A DNA stretch of 64,000 nucleotides. Source: Candidatus Kapaibacterium sp. (GTDB taxonomy: Bacteria; Patescibacteriota; Patescibacteriia; UBA9934). The notes under the pieces are model-generated. The model saw nothing but the letters and a program-made list of their open reading frames with translations. It ran no database searches and was not told the DNA's origin. Below are positions 48,998 to 58,689 of this stretch, piece by piece (within the stretch, counting starts at the first letter, position 1; each line of letters opens with the position of its first letter). The stretch is from positions 244,242 through 308,241 of the forward strand of contig JBILHA010000001.1 of the NCBI GenBank assembly GCA_044350705.1, written 5' to 3'. The position numbers and the translations under genes are program-made.

Positions 48998-49978
48998 ATG
49001 CATGGAGGACGATTCATTCGATGTGCGGCAATTTTCAGTGCACTAGGTGCATTCGTGTTGTTTTCTTCTGCCATTTTTCGAGAAGCTACTTCTTCGCCAG
49101 GGGTGGGTTTCACGTTTTCAACGGAGTATGCGCGCTCTTTGGGATTAGAACCGCAAGAGGTGCTTTCTGCGGCTCTTGAAGATTTTGATCCTGCTTTTGT
49201 GCGGGTGCCTCTTTATTGGAAGGATATAGAGCCTGCTCGGGGTGTATTTTCATGGGAAGAGATGGATGAAGTAGTGGAGCTGATTCGTGCAGAGGAGCGC
49301 ACTATTCATATGGTGATGGGGGCGAAAGTGCCTCGATGGCCGGAATGTTTTATTCCTTCCTGGGTGATGACTCATGATCGCCCTGCTTATGAGGAAACGC
49401 TTCTTTCCTCATTTCGTATCATGGTGAGTCGATATGCCTCGTCGGTAGATGTTTGGCAAATCGAGAATGAACCTTTTTTCTCATTCGGTGATTGTCCTGA
49501 GACGTCCTTAGCACTTCTTCGGGAAGAGGTTGCTTTAATTCGGGAGCTTGATCCTTCCGCATCTCTTCAATTTACGGTGAGTGGAGAACAGCAGATGTGG
49601 ACATCGGTCGCTCCGCTTGCGGATCGGGTTGGAGTAAGTATGTATCGCAGCGCACAGAGTGCGTGGTTTGGAGCGTTCACTTTTCCTGTTCCTTCCTGGT
49701 GGTACATTTTGATGCGTTTTCCGCTTTTGCACACGCATGAAGTGGTTATTTCGGAGTTGCAGATGGAGCCTTGGTTTGTGAGCCATCCGCGTTTTATTGA
49801 TCCTGGAGTTGCAGCGTCGTACTTTACTCCTCGTCATGCTCGGGATGCTTTTGCGTATGCGCGCTCAACGGGCTTTTCTGAAATAAGCTTTTGGGGAGTA
49901 GAGTGGTGGTATTATCTGCGTGAGCATGGATATCCTGGCTTGTGGGATGCAATGAAAGATTTGATAGGCGATCTATGA
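48998..49978 (+). CDS. Glycoside hydrolase, TIM-barrel clan GH-A (GH5-like)
   Basis: Signal/TM anchor followed by the conserved acid/base motif WQIENEP and a downstream nucleophile region (ISELQMEPW). Confidence 0.55.
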   Translation: MHGGRFIRCAAIFSALGAFVLFSSAIFREATSSPGVGFTFSTEYARSLGLEPQEVLSAALEDFDPAFVRVPLYWKDIEPARGVFSWEEMDEVVELIRAEERTIHMVMGAKVPRWPECFIPSWVMTHDRPAYEETLLSSFRIMVSRYASSVDVWQIENEPFFSFGDCPETSLALLREEVALIRELDPSASLQFTVSGEQQMWTSVAPLADRVGVSMYRSAQSAWFGAFTFPVPSWWYILMRFPLLHTHEVVISELQMEPWFVSHPRFIDPGVAASYFTPRHARDAFAYARSTGFSEISFWGVEWWYYLREHGYPGLWDAMKDLIGDL

Positions 49979-51306
49979 AGAAAGCGTACGATTATGATGT
50001 GGTAGTGGTAGGGGGTGGATCTGCAGGCATTGCGGCTGCTGAGCGCGCTGCAGAAGCGGGGGTATCCGTTTGTCTTATCGAAGAAGCGCAGCTTGGAGGA
50101 GAATGTTCTTTTTCGGCGTGTACACCCACGAAGGCCTTGCTTCATGCTGCGCGTTTGTACTATTCGCTTCAACACGATGCGCCTCATCTCGGAATCTTTG
50201 CAGATCGTGTGCGATTTGATCTTTCCTCGATGCAGAAGCGTAAAGATGCCCTTCTCGAAACGCTCTATCGGCAAGGATTTCTTGCAAAAAAGTTTTTGCA
50301 AGAGCGAGGGGTAGATGTCGTGAAGGGGCGTGGAAGATTTTTTGATGACCACACGATTTTGGTGGGGGCATCAAAAAAGATTACCGGAAAGGCCTTTGTT
50401 ATTGCTACGGGGGCAGTAGATGCACCTCTTTCTTTTCCTTGTGAAGAAGATGTTCCTGTTTTGCGTTATCGAGATGTGGTAAGCATGAGAACGTTACCTC
50501 GGTCGGTGATCGTCATTGGAGGTGGTCCCATTGGCTGTGAATTTACTACGCTTCTGAATTTCTTAGGGGTGAAGGTTACTTTACTGCAGCATGCTCCGCA
50601 TATTCTTGTACGTGAAGAGGCTGATCTCGCTGCGCTTGCGGAGGCTTCATTGCGCGAGCGGGGAGTGCAGGTTGTATGCGGCGTTCAGGTGCTTGGCGTG
50701 AAAAGAAAAAAGAAGCGCGTTGAAGTGGTGTATCAAGTGGGAGAATCTCCACGATGTCGGGGAGAAGCTGATGCGCTTTTTGTCGCAACTGGACGTATTC
50801 CTCATACGGCAGGACTTCAGCTGGAAGGATTGAAAACACAGAAGCATATTTTTTTTGCGGGAGATGTAACGGGAAGTATGCAATTCACCAGTGTTGCCGC
50901 AACAGAGGGGAGTATTGCGGGATGGAATGCGGCGCATGTAGGGAGCGTAAAGCTTTATGAGACGTTTGATGATCGTGTTACTCCGCGAGTCACGTTTGTG
51001 TTTCCTGAGCTCGCAAGCGTAGGCCTTACCCTCCGTGATGCGAAGAAAAAAGATAAAAAGGCGTTTGCATATTCGGTTCCTGTGCGTACGCTTGCACGTG
51101 CGGCTATTGATGATCGTCGTGGGGGCATGCTGAAGGTCGTGCTTGCAGGAGATGGTGAAAGAATTTTGGGAGCACATTTGCTTGGCGAACGAGCGGGGGA
51201 GGTTATTCATGAGTATGCTCTTGCGATGCGAGCAGGAGTATCGTGGTCAATGATGCGTACCATGCTTCGCGCCTACCCGACCTATTCAGAAATTGTAGGA
51301 ATGTAA
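49975..51306 (+). CDS. Class I pyridine nucleotide-disulfide oxidoreductase (dihydrolipoamide dehydrogenase / glutathione reductase family)
   Basis: FAD motif VVVVGGGSAG, redox-active disulfide GGECSFSACTPTK, NAD motif VIGGGPIG and a C-terminal dimerisation domain. Confidence 0.75.
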   Translation: MKKAYDYDVVVVGGGSAGIAAAERAAEAGVSVCLIEEAQLGGECSFSACTPTKALLHAARLYYSLQHDAPHLGIFADRVRFDLSSMQKRKDALLETLYRQGFLAKKFLQERGVDVVKGRGRFFDDHTILVGASKKITGKAFVIATGAVDAPLSFPCEEDVPVLRYRDVVSMRTLPRSVIVIGGGPIGCEFTTLLNFLGVKVTLLQHAPHILVREEADLAALAEASLRERGVQVVCGVQVLGVKRKKKRVEVVYQVGESPRCRGEADALFVATGRIPHTAGLQLEGLKTQKHIFFAGDVTGSMQFTSVAATEGSIAGWNAAHVGSVKLYETFDDRVTPRVTFVFPELASVGLTLRDAKKKDKKAFAYSVPVRTLARAAIDDRRGGMLKVVLAGDGERILGAHLLGERAGEVIHEYALAMRAGVSWSMMRTMLRAYPTYSEIVGM

Positions 51307-51332
51307 AACATCGGCTCCGTGGAGCCGATGTT

Positions 51333-52001
51333 TTACTTAGGTCGTACGGTGAGTTTTACGAATGCTCCCATCTCTGACGGTGCTTTTCCTGCCATGATTT
51401 GTTTTGCTCCGTAGTCTGCTGGTATAACTGCAGCAACGGTAAGTCGGGCATCGTGGCCGCTCCAGCGTGCTGACTGACTTGTATCGACTTTAAATGTCCA
51501 GCCGTATGCATGGGCATCTCCTGGCATCTTTGCATTGAAACTTTGTTCTTGCACTTTTTTTGCTGCGATTTTCACTTTTTCTTGGAAGCTTCGTTCTTCT
51601 TTATCAGGATGGCTTTCCGGTTTTTTCTCGCGTGATGTTTCGGTTACCAGTCCGATAGCTTCCCGGGTTTGATCTCCCGTGTGCTTTGCGACTAATTCGT
51701 AGGTTGCATCTTCAATGGGGAGATCTTCGAGGTCTGGAAGGGGAATGGAGGATTCTCCTACCTTTTCTCCCTGCTCGTTCACCCAGGCAACGTCGCAGTG
51801 CATTTCGCTATCAGGCGCTGCTTCTACCGTCTGTTCTCGTTCTCCGGCAAATGCAGGCCCTCCTAAAGCGATTGCGGGTCCTAAGATGCACATTACTCGC
51901 TTTCCTTGTTCTCTCAGCGAGTTTTCAAAGCGCTCAAGAGCTTTTCTTACATTAAATTTTCTCGCTTCAACTTCTTCTGGTGATTTTCCACGTTCCATCA
52001 T
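51333..52001 (-). CDS. Hypothetical protein (weak FKBP-like C-terminus)
   Basis: ORF only; Lys/Glu-rich. Confidence 0.25.
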   Translation of the reverse strand: MMERGKSPEEVEARKFNVRKALERFENSLREQGKRVMCILGPAIALGGPAFAGEREQTVEAAPDSEMHCDVAWVNEQGEKVGESSIPLPDLEDLPIEDATYELVAKHTGDQTREAIGLVTETSREKKPESHPDKEERSFQEKVKIAAKKVQEQSFNAKMPGDAHAYGWTFKVDTSQSARWSGHDARLTVAAVIPADYGAKQIMAGKAPSEMGAFVKLTVRPK

Positions 52002-52134
52002 AAAAGATTTTATAATGGATACATTTTACTCTTTTTTCATCTTTTTACATGGGCATAGGGTGGATATCTCTGATTATTCTATCCACGATCTCGCTGTATC
52101 ATTTTTTCATCTTCCTTTATCATCTTTTCACGGT

Positions 52135-52710
52135 ATGAACAATGATGTTGTCCTCGATATTGAAACCCAAAATACATTTGATGATGTAGGGGGTTATTTT
52201 ACTGACAAATTGAAGGTTTCTTTGGTTGGGTGTTATTTTTACGAAACCGATACGTACGAGTCCTTCTTGGAGGCGGATTTGCCTCAGTTATTTGCACGTT
52301 TGGAGAAAAGCGGTCGCATTATTGGGTATAACAGTATTGGTTTTGACATGCCGGTACTGAATAACTACTATGCGGGTGATTTGTTGACTTTGCCTCAACT
52401 CGATATTTTGGATCATGTGGTTCGAGAGCTTGGTTATCGTATTAAGCTCGATGATGTTGCGAAGGCTACCCTTGGCACGCAGAAGTCTGCACATGGATTA
52501 CAGGCGGTTGCGTGGTGGAAAGAGGGGAAGATTGATGAAATCCGAGAGTATTGTCTTCAAGATGTGAAGGTGACGAAGGAAGTGTACGAATTTGGGCTCA
52601 AAAACAACTATATTCTCTTTGATACGAAGCGTGGTGAGCGTCAGGCGGTGAGTGTTGATTTTGCTCCCCAGACAATCAGCCCCGCAGTAAATTTCACCCT
52701 CGGTTTTTAG
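52135..52710 (+). CDS. DEDD-family 3'-5' exonuclease (RNase H-like fold)
   Basis: Exo I motif VVLDIETQN and downstream Exo II/III-like segments (YNSIGFDMPVL…YCLQDV). The ORF track's upstream extension to 51715 overlaps the divergent gene and is rejected. Confidence 0.55.
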   Translation: MNNDVVLDIETQNTFDDVGGYFTDKLKVSLVGCYFYETDTYESFLEADLPQLFARLEKSGRIIGYNSIGFDMPVLNNYYAGDLLTLPQLDILDHVVRELGYRIKLDDVAKATLGTQKSAHGLQAVAWWKEGKIDEIREYCLQDVKVTKEVYEFGLKNNYILFDTKRGERQAVSVDFAPQTISPAVNFTLGF

Positions 52711-52903
52711 GAATTTTGCGACGCAAGAGAAGAATTCCGCGAAGGTTAAAAACAAATTTTACTTACCCACATAAAGATCTGTCGAACACTATCCCTAGTG
52801 GTATGATCTGCAGGCAGCACACAATATGTTGTGTGCATCGTCGATGGTGGGAAGGAGGAGAAAATAGCCTTTCCAACCTGGCTATTTTTTTGTTGTCACA
52901 TTT

Positions 52904-53902
52904 ATGCACCAAACAACGCTCCAAACATTTGTTACTTCCGAAGCAACAATAAAGCAGTCGCGATTGTTAACGCCTCGCGCCGTATTTCGTCCTTTTGAGT
53001 ACCCTCATTTTTATGAGTACTTCCAAAAGCAGAATCAGGCACACTGGCTTCCTACTGAAGTCCCCATGGAGTCCGATATCGCAGACTACCGTTTTCGTCT
53101 TACGGCAGAGGAGTCGAATTTGATTATTCAAATTTTGCGATTCTTCACGCAGGGCGATATTGAGGTGAATAACAACTATAACCAGCATCTTATCCCCGCA
53201 TTCAACAAGCCGGAGATTAAAATGATGCTTTCTGCGTTTGCGGCCATGGAGTCCATTCACGTGTGGGCATATTCCTATCTTAACGATTCCCTCGGACTTC
53301 CAGAGAAAGAATATTCTGCATTCATGGATTACGAAGCCATGCGTGCAAAATACGACTATATTCACAAGTTCAACGTGCATGATATTAAAGATCTTGCGTT
53401 GAACATGGCGGTTTTTGGCGGTTTCCTTGAAGGCGTTTCGCTCTTTTCTTCATTTGCCATTCTCATGAACTTTCCCCGCATGGGCAAAATGAAGGGTGTT
53501 GGGCAGATTGTTACGTGGTCTATCCGCGATGAGTCGTTGCATAGCAAGGGCGTTTGTCACTTATTCCGCGATCTTATTTCCGAGAATAAGTATCTCTGGA
53601 CACCGCAGTTTCAAGATACGCTTCGCTCTGCTTGTGACGATATGGTGAAGCTTGAAGATGCGTTTATCGATACCTGTTTCGCCATGGGTGCGGTTCCTGG
53701 ACTTAAGCCAGAAGAGGTAAAGCAGTACATTCGCTTTATCGCCGATCGACGATTGAATGACCTTGGACTTGATGCGATGTATAACAAGGCAAATCCTCTC
53801 GAATGGCTCGATGTCATGATCAATGCCAAAGAGCATGCAAACTTCTTTGAGACTCGTGCGACGGAATATTCGAAAGGTTCGGTGCTTGAAGATTGGGTGT
53901 AG
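52904..53902 (+). CDS. nrdB: Ribonucleotide reductase class I small (beta) subunit
   Basis: Ferritin-like diiron motifs (…FTQGDIEV…, …MESIHVWAYSY…, …RDESLH…) and the conserved C-terminal tail. Confidence 0.85.
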   Translation: MHQTTLQTFVTSEATIKQSRLLTPRAVFRPFEYPHFYEYFQKQNQAHWLPTEVPMESDIADYRFRLTAEESNLIIQILRFFTQGDIEVNNNYNQHLIPAFNKPEIKMMLSAFAAMESIHVWAYSYLNDSLGLPEKEYSAFMDYEAMRAKYDYIHKFNVHDIKDLALNMAVFGGFLEGVSLFSSFAILMNFPRMGKMKGVGQIVTWSIRDESLHSKGVCHLFRDLISENKYLWTPQFQDTLRSACDDMVKLEDAFIDTCFAMGAVPGLKPEEVKQYIRFIADRRLNDLGLDAMYNKANPLEWLDVMINAKEHANFFETRATEYSKGSVLEDWV

Positions 53903-53907
53903 GGAGT

Positions 53908-54186
53908 ATGTCTGAACTAAATGATAATCATCCTACAGTGCGTCCTGGCGATCAGGTAATAATTGGTCATAGAGCCTTAGGACAGGCGCCGTTAAAGGGT
54001 ATTGTTACTGACAATATTCACGATCATGAAGTGGAGGTGGTTTATTTAGATCATCTGGATAGAGCAATAAATGAAAATATTTATTGGCATAACGATCAGT
54101 GGAATCTGAAAGATGCGTTAGGAGGTGGATATGCTGATCATTTTCCAAGGTTGCGAGATTTTGTTTACATTTTAAGGTCAAAATAG
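53908..54186 (+). CDS. Small hypothetical protein inserted between nrdB and nrdA
   Basis: ORF only; markedly AT-rich relative to its neighbours. Confidence 0.3.
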   Translation: MSELNDNHPTVRPGDQVIIGHRALGQAPLKGIVTDNIHDHEVEVVYLDHLDRAINENIYWHNDQWNLKDALGGGYADHFPRLRDFVYILRSK

Positions 54187-54194
54187 TAATAATT

Positions 54195-56102
54195 ATGCCC
54201 TACTCGACAGTTATTGATGCGCTTTCAGCTAATGATCTCGTCGCTGCACGTGACATTCTTCTTGATGAAATTTTGCAAGATACTGCTGGAAAGGGAAGTT
54301 GGGATTCTGAATATTACATGCAAGAGTATAAGGAGATTCAGCAATCGCTTACGCTCGCTCCAGAACGCAATAAGAATTTTACCTATTTTGGTCTTGAAAA
54401 CTTCCGCGATCGTTATGCGCTTCGCAATGTTGCGGGAGATTCGGTAGAAGATCCGCAGATGTTTTTTGCGCGTATTGCGGTGGGAATGGCACGCGGCGAA
54501 AAAGAACATGCGCAGTTTTTGTACGACATCATGAGTAAGAACTGGTTCCTTCCTTCTTCGCCAACGCTCATGAACATTGGAACGAAAAAGGGACTTCCTA
54601 TTTCTTGTTTCCTCAATACCGTTCCTGATGATCTTGGAGGCATTTTCGATATTTATCGAGAGAACGCCTTCCTCGCGAAGTTCGGGGGAGGTATTGGAAC
54701 GGATTGGTCACAGCTTCGCGGACAGAATGCGCCGCTTATTTCTTCCGGTTTGAAGTCCTCGGGTGTTATTCCGTTCCTCAAGATCATGGATTCTGAAACG
54801 GTGGCTATTGCGCGTAACGGCGTTCGTCGTGGTGCGGCGGCAGCGTACTTGCGTATTGATCACCCAGATATTGAAGACTTTTTGGAAGTTCGCAAGCCAA
54901 CTGGTGGTGACCAAGACCGTAAAACGTTGAACATTAATATTGGTATTACGATTACCGATGAGTTCATGCGTGCGGTAGAAGAGGGAACGACGTATAAGCT
55001 TATTGATCCGCATTTTAAGACAGTCACGAAGGAGCTTGATGCAACAACTATGTGGCGCAAGATTCTTTCCATGCGCGCGGAAACGGGTGAGCCGTACATT
55101 CTTTTTATCGATACCGTCAATCGCGCGATTCCTCCTCACCACCAGGCGAAGGGATTGCAAGTTCGTCAGTCGAATCTGTGTACGGAGATTGTGCTTCCTA
55201 CTGATAATGATCGCACGGCTGTTTGCTGTTTGGCATCGATCAACCTTGAAAAGTGGGATGAATTTGCCGATCAAATTGATGACATTTGTTATGCCGCGGT
55301 AAAGGGATTGGATAACAATTTGGAAACGTTCTGCGACATGGCTGATCCGAAGGAATACAAGAAAGCGGTCTTTTCGGTGAAGAGTGAGCGTTCCATTGGA
55401 TTTGGCACAATGGGATACCACGGTTATCTCATGTCTAAGGGTATTCCGTTTGAAAGTGTTGCGGCACGAACTATCAATAAGACGATTTTCAAAACGTTTG
55501 GCGAGGCGGCGCGTAAGGCGTCGGCACGTTTGGGAGAAGAGCGAGGACTTCCTCTTGATGGTGGAACGCAGCGCAACAGTTATGTGACTTCTATTCAGCC
55601 AACGGCTTCCACGGCGTTCCTTTGTGGTGAGGCAACGCCTGCTATCGAGCCTATTGCGGGAAATGCGTATTTGCAAAAAACCCTTTCCGGAAGCTTCTTG
55701 GTGAAAAATCGTCATTTGGAAAATTTCCTAGAAACGAAGGGCATGAATACATCGGAAGTATGGAAGAAGATTATTGCTGACAAGGGCAGTGTGATGAATC
55801 TCGACTTCCTTACTGAAGAAGAAAAGGCGATTTTCCGTACAGGTTACGAAATGAACATGCGCGAGCTTGTGCAGCAAGCCGCTGATCGTCAGCCCTATAT
55901 CGACCAGGCGCAGAGCTTAAACCTCTTCTTCCAAACTCCGGTTTCTGGAAAATACATGAATGAGGTGCATATGCAGGCGTGGAAGAGCGGGGTAAAGTCG
56001 TTGTACTATTTCCGTTCGAGTGCTCCTATTCAGGCCGATTCTATTGGTGTGGGCACGCAAAAGCGTGATGTTGCGAATGAAGAATGTGCGGTTTGTCAGT
56101 AA
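54195..56102 (+). CDS. nrdA: Ribonucleotide reductase class I large (alpha) subunit, short form without an N-terminal ATP-cone
   Basis: Catalytic motifs …NLCTEIVLPT…, the C-terminal thiyl/cysteine pair region and ~635 aa length. Confidence 0.85.
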   Translation: MPYSTVIDALSANDLVAARDILLDEILQDTAGKGSWDSEYYMQEYKEIQQSLTLAPERNKNFTYFGLENFRDRYALRNVAGDSVEDPQMFFARIAVGMARGEKEHAQFLYDIMSKNWFLPSSPTLMNIGTKKGLPISCFLNTVPDDLGGIFDIYRENAFLAKFGGGIGTDWSQLRGQNAPLISSGLKSSGVIPFLKIMDSETVAIARNGVRRGAAAAYLRIDHPDIEDFLEVRKPTGGDQDRKTLNINIGITITDEFMRAVEEGTTYKLIDPHFKTVTKELDATTMWRKILSMRAETGEPYILFIDTVNRAIPPHHQAKGLQVRQSNLCTEIVLPTDNDRTAVCCLASINLEKWDEFADQIDDICYAAVKGLDNNLETFCDMADPKEYKKAVFSVKSERSIGFGTMGYHGYLMSKGIPFESVAARTINKTIFKTFGEAARKASARLGEERGLPLDGGTQRNSYVTSIQPTASTAFLCGEATPAIEPIAGNAYLQKTLSGSFLVKNRHLENFLETKGMNTSEVWKKIIADKGSVMNLDFLTEEEKAIFRTGYEMNMRELVQQAADRQPYIDQAQSLNLFFQTPVSGKYMNEVHMQAWKSGVKSLYYFRSSAPIQADSIGVGTQKRDVANEECAVCQ

Positions 56103-56235
56103 AGATAATATAAAAAAGAGGCGTAAAATCTGCGCTTCTTTTTTATTTTTTGTGTTTTGTGGACATTCTTTCCCACATACGCTCTTGATAAGGTAAACTG
56201 CGATGTGTTATCAGTTTCCGGTATTTATTTCCTTT

Positions 56236-56661
56236 ATGACTATTGCAGAAGCATTAAAAACACTTCAAGAAGAACGGGCGATTATTGTTCGTGACAAAAC
56301 CTTTGAACCTCAGCGGCTTGATGAAGTCGTATTGGAATCAGGGGAGACGGTTTTTTGGGTGCATGCCAAGGATGGAACGTGGCTCTCTCTTGATGCTGAA
56401 GGTGAAGAGGTTATTCAGTTTGAAGATATCGTAGAGGAATTGGAGCCCGAGGATGATATCGTGGTATATGGTGGACAGGATTACGAATTTTCGTACGAGA
56501 GTAAGATTACTCTTCTTACTGACGATGGAGGCACGATGATGATGATGCGGGAGTTTGAAGGCCCTTCCGCGATTATTCGTCTTATTGAGGATGAAAGTAC
56601 AGGAGATACCACGGCGTCTTATGGTCGTAAGGTGAATGAGGAGGAGCTGCAGGAAGCGTAA
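56236..56661 (+). CDS. Acidic hypothetical protein (DUF1292-like)
   Basis: Highly acidic with a …DYEFSYE… core; an alternative start lies at 56203. Confidence 0.3.
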   Translation: MTIAEALKTLQEERAIIVRDKTFEPQRLDEVVLESGETVFWVHAKDGTWLSLDAEGEEVIQFEDIVEELEPEDDIVVYGGQDYEFSYESKITLLTDDGGTMMMMREFEGPSAIIRLIEDESTGDTTASYGRKVNEEELQEA

Positions 56662-56667
56662 GGCCGT

Positions 56668-58677
56668 ATGGTCGGCGGAGGAATACGCAAAGCTGAACGA
56701 GGAAGCGGACGGCGCTTGCGCATGTTCCGTTTCTTCTTTTTGTTTTTTTGCTCTGCCATTATTTTACGTCTAGCAGTGCTTCAACTTCTTGACGCTGATT
56801 ATTATCGAGCGGTTGCGGAGAGTCAGCATGCGCTTTATGAGGAGCTCGTGCCGCGTCGAGGAACGGTGTATGTTCAGGATTACGGTGATCCTGCATGGTA
56901 TCCCGTCGCAACTACTGAGCCTCGCGCTGCCATTGAGGCAGATCCTCGTAAAATTACCGATCCAGTTGCTGTTGCACGTCAAATTGCCAGTATCGTTCAG
57001 ATGAATGGATTAGAGGAATATGATCGTCTTTCCGCAGCACTTCAATTGCGTGCTTCGGGGCGTATCGAAGAAGCTCAAGCGCTTGAAGCGCTTGTTATTG
57101 CAGCGCGTGCTGAGGATGTGCGAGAGCTTTCTTCGGAAGCAGGTCTCCCCCCTCCCTTAGATGCTGCAGAGGCACTGGTAGAGGGAGAATATGTGCCGTT
57201 AGCGCAGGAAGGAGAGAGCGTAGCGGTCGTTGCTCCCGTGCCTTCGCTGGAAAATAATCCGGTTGCAAAGCTTATTGCTCGTCTTTCGAAGAAAGAAGAT
57301 CCGTGGGAGCCGGTAGCGCAAGGAGTTACCGAAGAGCAGCTTCGTTTAGTGGAAGCATTGAACTTGGAGGGCATTTTTTATCGTATTGAAAATCAGCGTT
57401 CTTATCCGGAGCCTCAATTTGGAGGACAGGTTATTGGTTTTCTCGGTCGTAATGAACGAGGGGAGTTGCATGGAAACTATGGCGTTGAAGGATATTTTGA
57501 TGATTTTCTTTCGGGTACCCCGGGTTCTCTTTATGCGCAAGCAGATGTTACTGGGAGTTGGGTAGGGGTAGGTGATCGAGAATTTACCCCCGCGATTGAT
57601 GGGGGAAATTTGTATCTTACTCTCGATCGTACGCTCCAGATTGTTGCCTGTGGTCTTCTCGAAGAAACGGTGAAGGAACATCAGGCTGATAGCGGTGCCT
57701 TGGTTGTTCTTGAGCCTTCTACGGGGAAAGTACTTGCCATGTGCGGCTCCCCAGATTTTTACCCAGAGGAATATGGAACGGTGGATGATCTAGGCGTGTA
57801 TGTAAATCCAACGATATTTACTCCGTATGAACCGGGTTCTATCTTTAAGCCACTGACTATGGCCGCGGCTATTGATACGGGGGCGGTAACACCCAATTCA
57901 ACGTATTATGATACCGGTTCTCTTGATGTGGGATGGGTTCGTCCTATTAAAAATGCTGCAGATGGGGTGTTTGGAACGGTGACTATGATTCAGGCGTTGG
58001 AAGAATCGGTGAATACTGCCATGGTTTGGGTTATGCGTCAGCTTGGGCAGGGTCGTTTTAAAGAGTATGTGGAAAAATTTGGTTTTGGAAAGTTGACGGG
58101 TATCGAGCTGAACACCGAAGTCGCGGGTACAATTGCTTCTTTAGAAAATAGTGCTGAGGTGTATTCTGCAACAGCGTCTTATGGGCAAGGTATTACTGTG
58201 ACGCCTCTGCAAATTGCAGCAGCATATGCGGCACTGGCAAACGACGGAAAATACATGAAGCCTTATATCGTGGAACGAAAGGAATATCCTGATGGGACGG
58301 TAGAGGATATTGCTCCCACTTTTTTGCATCAAGTGATTACTCCTGAGACTGCCGAAAAAATCGCAGGAATGTTGGTCGCGGTAGTTGAATATGGGCATGG
58401 GAAGCGTGCAGGCGTGCCCGGGTACTATATTGCGGGGAAGACGGGTACTGCACAGATTGCGGAGAATGGCGTCTATTCTGCAACTGCATTTAACGGATCG
58501 TTTGCTGGATTTGGTCCGGTGGAAGATCCTCGTTTTGCCATGGTGGTAAAAATTGAAAATCCGAAGTCGGGAGTGATTTATGCGGAGAGTACCGCTGCGC
58601 CGCTTTTTGGTGAGATTGCGGATTTTTTACTGACGTATTACAACGTTCCTCCTACCCGAGCGATGAAGGCGGAATGA
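56668..58677 (+). CDS. ftsI: Class B penicillin-binding protein (FtsI/PBP2-type transpeptidase)
   Basis: N-terminal TM anchor, dimerisation domain, and transpeptidase motifs SIFK (SxxK), SVN (SxN), KTGTA. Confidence 0.8.
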   Translation: MVGGGIRKAERGSGRRLRMFRFFFLFFCSAIILRLAVLQLLDADYYRAVAESQHALYEELVPRRGTVYVQDYGDPAWYPVATTEPRAAIEADPRKITDPVAVARQIASIVQMNGLEEYDRLSAALQLRASGRIEEAQALEALVIAARAEDVRELSSEAGLPPPLDAAEALVEGEYVPLAQEGESVAVVAPVPSLENNPVAKLIARLSKKEDPWEPVAQGVTEEQLRLVEALNLEGIFYRIENQRSYPEPQFGGQVIGFLGRNERGELHGNYGVEGYFDDFLSGTPGSLYAQADVTGSWVGVGDREFTPAIDGGNLYLTLDRTLQIVACGLLEETVKEHQADSGALVVLEPSTGKVLAMCGSPDFYPEEYGTVDDLGVYVNPTIFTPYEPGSIFKPLTMAAAIDTGAVTPNSTYYDTGSLDVGWVRPIKNAADGVFGTVTMIQALEESVNTAMVWVMRQLGQGRFKEYVEKFGFGKLTGIELNTEVAGTIASLENSAEVYSATASYGQGITVTPLQIAAAYAALANDGKYMKPYIVERKEYPDGTVEDIAPTFLHQVITPETAEKIAGMLVAVVEYGHGKRAGVPGYYIAGKTGTAQIAENGVYSATAFNGSFAGFGPVEDPRFAMVVKIENPKSGVIYAESTAAPLFGEIADFLLTYYNVPPTRAMKAE

Positions 58678-58689
58678 TATACTTTTCCT

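Noticed and set aside
51715-52134. 140-aa upstream extension of the DEDD exonuclease ORF (ORF track 51715-52710)
   Set aside because: It overlaps the divergent 51333-52001 gene on the opposite strand and lacks any motif. The exonuclease Exo I motif begins right after the internal ATG at 52135.
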